IMG/VR virus record: IMGVR_UViG_2728369181_000007
DNA: 5,451 nucleotides
Source of the DNA: a virus
Lineage: Duplodnaviria; Heunggongvirae; Uroviricota; Caudoviricetes
Strand: one strand, 5' to 3'
The notes below the pieces were generated by a model, which worked only from the letters and a program-made list of their open reading frames with translations, was not told where the DNA came from and made no database searches. Positions 1-5,451 of this stretch are shown here, in pieces (the first letter of the stretch is position 1; each line of letters begins with the position of its first letter). The translations under genes and the position numbers were made by a program.

Positions 1-420
1 ATGACGGATTATCAGCCATACAGGAAAGGAACTGTGCTTGCCCCAACTGGACCATGCAATCATCTTCATGTGATTTGTAATGATCCTGTTTATTACCCCG
101 TTAACGATTGTTATTGTGTTTTAGTTGTTAATATTTCTAGTATCAAGGATGGTGTCCCCCACGATCCGTCTTGCGTCTTGAATTCTGGTGATCATCGCTT
201 TATCAAGCATCCAAGTTATGTTGTTTACGCTGAAGCTATAATTTGGCGAGTGGATAACATGGTTAGAAAGCAGCGATCGGGTGAGATTTCTGTTCATGAT
301 GATATGCCAGAAGCTACATTCAATAGAATTCTGGACGGTTTTGATATCTCTGATGAAGTTACGCCAAAGAACCTTAAATTTAAAAATAAATATTGCGTAT
401 CATCTATTGATGATGAGTAA
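1..420 (+). CDS. hypothetical protein, 139 aa, Cys/His-rich, encoded by an AT-rich gene (cargo/moron-like)
   Basis: ATG at 1-3 (window edge, so the true start could lie upstream), TAA at 418-420. It is the only long ORF on either strand across 1-450. Composition is visibly more AT-rich than the prophage operon, with runs such as ttaaatttaaaaataaatatt near the 3' end. Six Cys and six His (e.g. CNHLHVIC, DCYC). No family recognised by eye. Confidence 0.4.
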   Translation: MTDYQPYRKGTVLAPTGPCNHLHVICNDPVYYPVNDCYCVLVVNISSIKDGVPHDPSCVLNSGDHRFIKHPSYVVYAEAIIWRVDNMVRKQRSGEISVHDDMPEATFNRILDGFDISDEVTPKNLKFKNKYCVSSIDDE

Positions 421-459
421 ACAACAGGAATTGTTTCGGTATAACTTCTGGAGTTTTCT

Positions 460-633
460 ATGGAAGATCAAAAAGCAACCAAGCCACAGGTTAAGTTCGA
501 CACAATGAAAGCATTCGTAGGTATGGGTGCTGCTGTTGAAGTTCTGATGAAGGCTGCTCCTAATGCGTTCACTCACGCTACTGTCTCTGGTAAAGAGCAG
601 CAGGGTAAGCTTCGTCGTCTCAAAGCAGCATGA
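460..633 (+). CDS. small hypothetical protein, 57 aa (MEDQKATKPQVKFDTMKAFVGMGAAVEVLMKAAPNAFTHATVSGKEQQGKLRRLKAA)
   Basis: Not in the supplied ORF track (presumably below its length cutoff); translated by hand. GGAG at 450-453 sits 6 nt upstream of ATG 460-462; stop TGA 631-633. Codon choice (ggt, gct, cgt, ctg, gtt, aaa) looks E. coli-adapted and differs from the AT-rich upstream ORF. An intrinsic terminator follows 20 nt downstream. Confidence 0.45.
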   Translation: MEDQKATKPQVKFDTMKAFVGMGAAVEVLMKAAPNAFTHATVSGKEQQGKLRRLKAA

Positions 634-652
634 TCATAGCTGGTGCTTTTTG

Positions 653-678
653 AAAACCCGCCTTCAGGCGGGTTTTTT
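653..678. terminator. Rho-independent terminator hairpin, probably bidirectional, between convergent genes
   Basis: Stem aaaacccgcc (653-662), loop ttca (663-666), stem ggcgggtttt (667-676), with the T-run extending to 678 on the plus strand and an A-run on the other side. It lies between the plus-strand stop at 633 and the minus-strand stop at 681-683. Confidence 0.6.
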
Positions 679-680
679 CT

Positions 681-962
681 TTAGTGATTTTCTTTGCCCT
701 TCTGTTTGACTGTTCTGACCTGTTCCCACTCGATACGTCCTTCTTCTCGCCTTTTGTCTATGTATTCCGCAAGATCCTGAATATTGATGCAACGTTTTGC
801 TTTTTGTGATGTGCCGATGCGATATGTTGGAACGGGCAACTTACAAGCGTTTGCTTTTGCTTCTGCCGTGGCTGGACTCATACCAAAGTACTTTTGGCTA
901 ACTGCTGAGAGTTCAATGTTTGGGGTATTGAATTCAGCCATCAGTAAAAACAAGGTGTTCAT
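681..962 (-). CDS. small excisionase-like / PrtN-like DNA-binding protein, 93 aa
   Basis: Minus-strand ORF with TAA stop at 683-681. Preferred start is ATG at 962-960, preceded by GGAG (revcomp of 968-971) 6 nt upstream; alternative in-frame starts are ATG 974 and GTG 989 (the track's 102-aa form). It is the last gene of the operon, directly after the exonuclease, which is where the excisionase gene torI lies in KpLE1. The family assignment is from memory of similar prophage proteins and is not verified. Confidence 0.5.
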   Translation of the reverse strand: MNTLFLLMAEFNTPNIELSAVSQKYFGMSPATAEAKANACKLPVPTYRIGTSQKAKRCINIQDLAEYIDKRREEGRIEWEQVRTVKQKGKENH

Positions 963-998
963 AATTTTCTCCATCAAAACCGGCTGCACCCGGGAAAA

Positions 999-1571
999 TC
1001 ATAATTCTGTGCTGGTGGCAGGAATTAATTTCTGCCAGATAGCGGAAACATATTTTGCCTGATGACGGGCATCGGCCAGGGCGTTGTGCCGTTCGCCATC
1101 GAAAGGCATGTCCATTTTGGGGTCGAATCCGATGGAACGCCCAAGCGTAACGATCGTGCGTACATCGTGGTCATTCCAGTATGCCCACGGGCAAATTTGT
1201 CCTGCTCGCTCATAAGCTCCACGTAAAATTACGTTGTCGAAGGTGGCCCCGTTACCCCAGACTTTTAAATATTTCGTATTGGCTGCATGCCGGTTAATGA
1301 AATGATTTAGTTCTGAGAGAGCATCGCTGATCGACAAAGTATCATCAATACAGATTGCAGCTCGTGCTTCAGGGCTTTGTTTCAACCACCACAGGATGGT
1401 ATCGCCGTCAGGTGTAGCTCCTTGCCCCATAGCACTTTCCAGGCTAACAACCGTATAGAATTCTTGTCCGATGTCTCCGGTTTCTGGAGTGAAGAACACC
1501 GCGCCAATGGAAACGATCGGTGCATCCTTATTTTTCCCCATCGTCTCAAGGTCGATCATTAAGTTGTTCAT
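999..1571 (-). CDS. DEDDh-type 3'-5' exonuclease (DnaQ/RNase T-like), 190 aa
   Basis: Exo I-like motif MIDLETMG (D-x-E), Exo II-like WGNGATFD, Exo III-like HNALADARHQAKY (H-x4-D). Start is ATG at 1571-1569, which overlaps the upstream gene's TGA stop (minus-strand reading gTGAtg); GTG at 1574 is an alternative. Stop TGA at 1001-999. Confidence 0.75.
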   Translation of the reverse strand: MNNLMIDLETMGKNKDAPIVSIGAVFFTPETGDIGQEFYTVVSLESAMGQGATPDGDTILWWLKQSPEARAAICIDDTLSISDALSELNHFINRHAANTKYLKVWGNGATFDNVILRGAYERAGQICPWAYWNDHDVRTIVTLGRSIGFDPKMDMPFDGERHNALADARHQAKYVSAIWQKLIPATSTEL

Positions 1572-2137
1572 CACTTCACCTCCTGCGGCGGTTCCGGTAG
1601 CGGCATCCAGTGAGTTGCTTGCTCAATACCATTACCCGGCTTAATCGTTGCATCTCCGCGCCGAAAGGTGCTTCCGGTATAGCGTGCGGAGCATATTAGC
1701 GGTTCAACCAGATCACTATCGAAATTCACCGAAATAAGTACGTTCTGATTCTTTTTCGGCATTAGCTCACTACAGCTTATCCAACCATCCGGAGTTACCG
1801 GAGAGTTGCCATTTACATCGAAGTTTGGCTCTGCGTCCTGAACCAGGAGGATGTAACCATTCTTGGCTGTATCAAGTTCTAACGCCTCGGTGACGGTGCC
1901 GAAATAGCGATTACCTAAATCAGCATCACAAGTGCTTACATCAATGGAAACTTCCATGCCTTCGATTAATTCTGGCAAGTTGTAAGTTTGGCTTACAGGC
2001 TCTGCTTCCAGCGATACCAGTGCAATTCGTGCCAGTTCTTCCGCTTCTTCTGCTGGCAGTACAACGTTGCTGCCAGGTCCGTATGTTTCGCGCCACTGCT
2101 GGATTGTCAGCAGGCGTTCTTTGGTAATAGTGGTCAT
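1571..2137 (-). CDS. DUF551 domain protein, 188 aa, prophage accessory
   Basis: The C-terminal sequence ATHWMPLPEPPQ matches what I recall as the hallmark of DUF551 proteins of enterobacterial prophages. ATG at 2137-2135 is preceded by AAGGTG about 9 nt upstream; stop TGA at 1573-1571. Confidence 0.7.
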   Translation of the reverse strand: MTTITKERLLTIQQWRETYGPGSNVVLPAEEAEELARIALVSLEAEPVSQTYNLPELIEGMEVSIDVSTCDADLGNRYFGTVTEALELDTAKNGYILLVQDAEPNFDVNGNSPVTPDGWISCSELMPKKNQNVLISVNFDSDLVEPLICSARYTGSTFRRGDATIKPGNGIEQATHWMPLPEPPQEVK

Positions 2138-2139
2138 AG

Positions 2140-2331
2140 CTATTTCACCTTAATCTCAACATTTCGCAGCTTTAGCTCTACTGGCAGGTCTGACTTTCCT
2201 GTTAATGCTAATGCGAGATTTTCTGGAGTAATGAGAGCAGTTATTGTTTTCCCCCTCGCCAGACGAATAATCATTCGTATTTCGCGATCGTCACATGCTC
2301 CCGGTCGAACAATTGATATTTGTCCGTTCAT
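2140..2331 (-). CDS. small hypothetical protein, 63 aa (MNGQISIVRPGACDDREIRMIIRLARGKTITALITPENLALALTGKSDLPVELKLRNVEIKVK)
   Basis: Internal ATG at 2331-2329 of the track ORF 2140..2412, preceded by GGAGAGTGAG, and beginning 1 nt after the upstream gene's stop. The longer 90-aa form would overlap the preceding CDS by 80 nt in another frame. Stop TAG at 2142-2140. No family recognised. Confidence 0.45.
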   Translation of the reverse strand: MNGQISIVRPGACDDREIRMIIRLARGKTITALITPENLALALTGKSDLPVELKLRNVEIKVK

Positions 2332-2332
2332 C

Positions 2333-2860
2333 TCACTCTCCTTTGATGCGAATGCCAGCGGCGCGTGGCACATTAACTTCCACGATGCGCACAGTTGGTT
2401 TGTACATCTCAATCGCAGTCAGCCAGTCAGCTCCTGTCATGCGCTTTTCCGCATCGCCATTAGTCCACTGAACCGGTACACCAATAGCCTTCATCGCGAT
2501 TTCTATTTCCCCGGCAATGGCGCTTTTTCCGCAACCAGTAAAACCAGATACAACGACAAGAACTTCGCCTTTGGCTGGTTTTATTTCCCGTGCTTCCAGT
2601 TCTGCAATACGCTTTTTTGCTGCTTCCAGTTCATCCAGTAATTCCAGCACGGTAGCCGGATTAGCCTTGGCAACAAAATCCCGGACTGGCTTACAATCAA
2701 TCTCCGCAATGGGTTGATACGATGTGTAGCCATGCTGTCTTGTATAACTACCGTGACGAATAACGAAAAAATCACCGTTTATTTTTTTAGCCTGCCACTT
2801 ATCTTCACCGGCTTTCACTGCCGCCTCACGCAGTGCCTGATAGTCAATTTTGTTTGTCAT
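2333..2860 (-). CDS. Ead/Ea22-like prophage protein with coiled-coil segment and a C-terminal Walker A-like motif, 175 aa
   Basis: The N-terminal region (DYQALREAAVKAGEDKW...) and a coiled-coil stretch (LELLDELEAAKKRIAELEARE) resemble Ea22-like proteins. GFTGCGKS fits the Walker A pattern GxxxxGK[ST]. ATG at 2860-2858 overlaps the upstream TGA as ATGA; stop TGA at 2335-2333. Confidence 0.65.
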   Translation of the reverse strand: MTNKIDYQALREAAVKAGEDKWQAKKINGDFFVIRHGSYTRQHGYTSYQPIAEIDCKPVRDFVAKANPATVLELLDELEAAKKRIAELEAREIKPAKGEVLVVVSGFTGCGKSAIAGEIEIAMKAIGVPVQWTNGDAEKRMTGADWLTAIEMYKPTVRIVEVNVPRAAGIRIKGE

Positions 2861-3735
2861 GTAACTACCTCTTCGAATTTCAACTCCAGTTGATCACCCC
2901 AGATTTCACATGACTCTGAACACGAGCCGGTATCGAATCGCCCGGCCTGCACCATCGCCTGATACAAATTCCAGTAGTCGCTGTCGGCATACATTCTGGC
3001 AATCCCTTCAAGACTCAGATGACCACGGTACATAACGTCTTTACCTGTTCTGCGATGACCGTCCCTGACGTGTTGGCCTGTAACCAGTTCATTAAAAACC
3101 CGCATCAGGCCAGGTTCGTCCTTACATGCAAGCCCCAGCTTTTGCGTTGACTTTTTGATGCAGAAAACACAGTTCCCGAGGTGCTCAGGGATAAGTAAAT
3201 CGAACGGCTGTTTACGCCACCACCGGATAACATCCGACTTATCAAAATCTGACAGTTCGGCGAGATACCGGACGCCCGGTTTCGGTTTCAGCCTGCGGGG
3301 TTCGTCTGCACGAATACCCAGCCATGTGATGTAATTCCCTCGCCCAAAATGGTCATCGCAATATTTCGTGAAAGGGGTGAGTTTTAGCCTGTCAGTACAG
3401 AATGCGCCGCCGATGTATGGCGTACCGTACTTTTTAACCATGTCCATAAACGGTTTAAGCACCGGCATTCGCGTCTGAATATCCTTTGGTTCCCATTCCG
3501 TATAACCATTTGGCTGCCCAAGCTCTGGATTTATATCGACCTGCAACACAGTTAGCGGTATGCCCCAGAACTTCACAACCTCCCGAATAAAGCGGTATGT
3601 CAGCGGATGTTCGCAACCGGTATCCATAAAGATGTAGCAGACGTTATTGCCAGCCTTTCTTTGTTCTTCCATCAGGTGAACAAGATATGCAGATGTTCTC
3701 CCGCCAGAAAAACTAACTACATGAGTTATGCACAT
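2857..3735 (-). CDS. PP-loop ATPase, phosphoadenosine phosphosulfate (PAPS) reductase family protein, 292 aa
   Basis: N-terminal PP-loop SFSGGRTS (res 8-15) followed by FMDTG (res 36-40), typical of the PAPS reductase/ATP-sulfurylase-like fold. Two Cys pairs, CVFC (res 189-192) and CSESC (res 272-276). ATG at 3735-3733 overlaps the yfdR 3' end by 10 nt; stop TGA at 2859-2857. Confidence 0.8.
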   Translation of the reverse strand: MCITHVVSFSGGRTSAYLVHLMEEQRKAGNNVCYIFMDTGCEHPLTYRFIREVVKFWGIPLTVLQVDINPELGQPNGYTEWEPKDIQTRMPVLKPFMDMVKKYGTPYIGGAFCTDRLKLTPFTKYCDDHFGRGNYITWLGIRADEPRRLKPKPGVRYLAELSDFDKSDVIRWWRKQPFDLLIPEHLGNCVFCIKKSTQKLGLACKDEPGLMRVFNELVTGQHVRDGHRRTGKDVMYRGHLSLEGIARMYADSDYWNLYQAMVQAGRFDTGSCSESCEIWGDQLELKFEEVVT

Positions 3736-4262
3736 TTGCGTAATTCCGATAACTCGTTGAAGCGTTCCATAAACATCCCGTAGGCATGGCCCGGTGCCAG
3801 TGGAATCACTTTGAACATCTCTGTTGCCGGGATACCTTCCAATACAGGCCAGAAAGAGCCATCATCAAGTCCGAGATCGCGGCGTTCGGTTGCCAGCATG
3901 ATGAGATCGGCATATTTCACTGGCGTGCTCATAACAGGAGGTAACCCGTATTTCTCACGGATTACGGCGTCTATTTTTTCTTCCATCCGTTTATAGTCAG
4001 GAAGAAGTCGTTTCAGTGGTGCGGGGATGTCCTGGCAATACGCTTCTGTTGCATCATGCATTAACGCTTCAAAAGCAAATTCCTGCGGCACCAGCTGGCT
4101 GCAAAGCACCGCATGCTGGGCGACACTGTAGAAGTGTGAAAGATGTCCTGCAAAGCGACAGATATTTGAAAGGGAAACCGCGATATCGTTAATCACGATG
4201 TCGTCTTTATTTATCTTGTCATAATAAAAATGCTTCCCGGAAAAAGTTTTAATAAATGACAT
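3726..4262 (-). CDS. yfdR: HD-domain phosphohydrolase (5'-deoxynucleotidase-like), YfdR homolog, 178 aa
   Basis: The H...HD motif (AQHAV ... LMHDATEAY) marks an HD domain. I chose the internal ATG at 4262-4260 (MSFIKTFSGK...), preceded by GGAG (revcomp of 4269-4272) 6 nt upstream, giving 178 aa, which matches my recollection of K-12 YfdR. The track's 199-aa form starting at 4325 has no comparable RBS. Stop TAA at 3728-3726. Confidence 0.85.
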   Translation of the reverse strand: MSFIKTFSGKHFYYDKINKDDIVINDIAVSLSNICRFAGHLSHFYSVAQHAVLCSQLVPQEFAFEALMHDATEAYCQDIPAPLKRLLPDYKRMEEKIDAVIREKYGLPPVMSTPVKYADLIMLATERRDLGLDDGSFWPVLEGIPATEMFKVIPLAPGHAYGMFMERFNELSELRKCA

Positions 4263-4356
4263 TTCGTTCTCCACTTTATATGCGCTGCACCGCGCTGAAT
4301 TCGGGTAAAAGGAATCCCGCACCATCCGGCGATTATTGAGTTAATTACGTTTCCAT

Positions 4357-4378
4357 AAATGCCCCCGCAGGGGCATTT
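4357..4378 (-). terminator. perfect 9-bp inverted-repeat hairpin in the yfdQ-yfdR intergenic region; possible weak terminator/attenuator or RNA processing site
   Basis: aaatgcccc (4357-4365), loop cgca, ggggcattt (4370-4378). It lies 12 nt downstream of the yfdQ stop on the minus strand. The U-tract is short (UUUAU), so if it is a terminator it is weak. The 128-nt gap is the only sizeable intergenic space in the operon. Confidence 0.3.
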
Positions 4379-4390
4379 GCAGTAATGAAA

Positions 4391-5215
4391 TCAGGCGGTG
4401 AAAGTACCAATAAAGGTTTCTACTTTGCTGTCTTTGAATTTCTCAACAAGCAGATCACGAAATTCGTTAGCCATTTCTTCCTGCACTGCTTCCAGCTGAA
4501 TAATGCGCAGAACCAGTACAGGACGATCGCCAGTGATAATGCTGAGGCGTAATTTAAATGGACGTTCTTTCAGACCTTCAAACGGAACGCATTTAAATTC
4601 AAATGCCACTGGCATAATGTCTTTGGTCTTCGCTTCGACAGACTCCATCAGGGAGCGTTTGCCGCTGAAGTCATTATCTTCAAAATCAGCGGTCTGGTTC
4701 GCTTCAATTGTGATTTTACGGATCGCCGCAGCCGCTTTGGTTGCCTGAATGGCGTCACCATTAGCATCAAAGCCCACAAGGTAGTCGGCCCAGTCTTCAA
4801 TCCATTCTGCCAGTGACTTCTGGGAGTTACGCTCGCCATTAACAGACAACAGAGCAGAGAACGGTGCTGTCTTTTTCAGTTTGAGAGTGGCGGTGTTATC
4901 TGCGTGACCTGGTTCATCAATAGTACCCAGGTTAAGCACACTGACGGCTCGCATATTATCGGCATCGATAAAGCAGCGGGTGCCTTCATCTGCAAGATCT
5001 TTAGAATAACGGGTAAAGTCATCGATGCTGGCAGTGGAAAGTGCACCACGGAAACGGAAACGATTTAAATTAAATTTTTCCAGATCATGAATGCGGAAAT
5101 TCTCAGGCAATGCCACAGCATCGGCACCAATCTTACTGATAATTTCATTAACACCCTGAGCAGAAATAAGGGCATGGATTTGATTAATTGCGGTTGAGTC
5201 TAAGTTCTGAGACAT
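4391..5215 (-). CDS. yfdQ: DUF2303-family prophage protein, YfdQ homolog, 274 aa
   Basis: ORF of 274 aa beginning [12 protein letters not shown], matching the length and, as far as I recall, the sequence of K-12 YfdQ, and lying immediately upstream of yfdR as in KpLE1. ATG at 5215-5213 with GAGG about 8 nt upstream; stop TGA at 4393-4391. Confidence 0.85.
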   Translation of the reverse strand: MSQNLDSTAINQIHALISAQGVNEIISKIGADAVALPENFRIHDLEKFNLNRFRFRGALSTASIDDFTRYSKDLADEGTRCFIDADNMRAVSVLNLGTIDEPGHADNTATLKLKKTAPFSALLSVNGERNSQKSLAEWIEDWADYLVGFDANGDAIQATKAAAAIRKITIEANQTADFEDNDFSGKRSLMESVEAKTKDIMPVAFEFKCVPFEGLKERPFKLRLSIITGDRPVLVLRIIQLEAVQEEMANEFRDLLVEKFKDSKVETFIGTFTA

Positions 5216-5280
5216 AATAAGTCCTCACTATATAAAGATATTCAGTGATGAGATAAATAATCGGTTAATTAAGAACGATA

Positions 5281-5451
5281 TTAATTACCTGCTGCGCGGA
5301 GTTTTCCGTCAGGTTCACCGGCAAGAGTCAGTAATTGTCCCTGGTCTTCCTGCAGAATAGTCAGGCGACCACCGCGATTGACATACATCGGCGTTTCGGT
5401 GGTGTCTTCTTCGGAAATTTTCCCGCGGTTAGTCGGGCGAACATATGAGAG
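5281..5451 (-). CDS. 3' end of an upstream operon gene (partial, 56 codons visible; sits where yfdP lies in KpLE1)
   Basis: Hand translation of the minus strand gives an open frame from the window edge to TAA at 5283-5281 (...LSYVRPTNRGKISEEDTTETPMYVNRGGRLTILQEDQGQLLTLAGEPDGKLRAAGN*). Same strand as the operon; absent from the track because it has no start inside the window. The identity with yfdP is positional only. Confidence 0.45.
   Translation of the reverse strand, partial: LSYVRPTNRGKISEEDTTETPMYVNRGGRLTILQEDQGQLLTLAGEPDGKLRAAGN

Noticed and set aside
281-508. 75-aa plus-strand ORF in an alternative frame
   Set aside because: It overlaps the 3' end of the 139-aa ORF and the start of the 57-aa ORF in another frame; it is an AT-rich frame artefact with no RBS.
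963-989. Longer forms of the excisionase-like gene starting at ATG 974 or GTG 989
   Set aside because: ATG 962 has the best-placed Shine-Dalgarno (GGAG, 6-nt spacer). The longer forms cannot be excluded but are less supported.
784-1062. 92-aa plus-strand ORF
   Set aside because: It is antisense to the excisionase-like and exonuclease genes, with no independent support.
1025-1222. 65-aa minus-strand ORF
   Set aside because: It is nested in an alternative frame inside the exonuclease gene, which has intact catalytic motifs in its own frame.
1377-1562. 61-aa plus-strand ORF
   Set aside because: It is antisense to the exonuclease coding sequence.
2591-2632. 12-nt direct repeat tgcttccagttc at 2591-2602 and 2621-2632, exactly 30 nt apart
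   Set aside because: It lies inside the Ea22-like CDS and simply encodes the repeated ELEA heptad-like segment of its coiled coil; it is not a CRISPR-like or regulatory repeat.
1988-2641. 217-aa plus-strand ORF
   Set aside because: It runs antisense across three minus-strand genes with good RBSs and recognisable domains. Its translation is Phe/Cys/Ser/Arg-rich and low-complexity, typical of an antisense frame, and it has no RBS context.
2517-2775. Two short ORFs (2517..2717 + and 2581..2775 -)
   Set aside because: Both lie within or antisense to the Ea22-like CDS in other frames; the plus one is Ser/Ala-rich low complexity.
3811-3996. 61-aa plus-strand ORF
   Set aside because: It is antisense to yfdR.
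4263-4325. 21-codon N-terminal extension of yfdR (track ORF starting at 4325)
   Set aside because: The internal ATG at 4262 has a GGAG RBS and yields the 178-aa length I recall for YfdR; the extension has no comparable RBS and would run into the intergenic hairpin region.
4503-4839. Two short ORFs (4503..4748 + and 4648..4839 -)
   Set aside because: They are antisense to, or in an alternative frame within, yfdQ, which is a full-length match to a known protein family.
1-5451. Candidate tRNA, rRNA, CRISPR array or IS/transposase
   Set aside because: No cloverleaf-like or repeat-spacer structure and no transposase-like ORF were seen; all long ORFs are accounted for by prophage genes.

Overview
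This window looks like the early/accessory region of a lambdoid enterobacterial prophage, closely resembling the yfdP-yfdQ-yfdR segment of E. coli KpLE1/CPS-53 but apparently more intact. Nearly all coding capacity is on the minus strand as one tightly packed, partly translationally coupled operon running from 5451 down to 681: a partial upstream gene, YfdQ-like DUF2303, YfdR-like HD phosphohydrolase, a PP-loop ATPase of the PAPS-reductase family, an Ea22-like coiled-coil protein, a 63-aa hypothetical, a DUF551 protein, a DEDDh 3'-5' exonuclease and a small excisionase-like protein. It ends at an intrinsic terminator hairpin (653-678) that appears bidirectional. Convergent with the operon, on the plus strand, is a visibly AT-rich 139-aa Cys/His-rich ORF (1-420) followed by a 57-aa ORF (460-633) with its own GGAG ribosome-binding site; I recognise neither, and this pair is the best candidate for novel cargo. 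No rRNA, tRNA, CRISPR array or transposase/IS element is evident. All calls rest on reading the six-frame track and the sequence by eye; family names and K-12 comparisons are from memory, not from any search.
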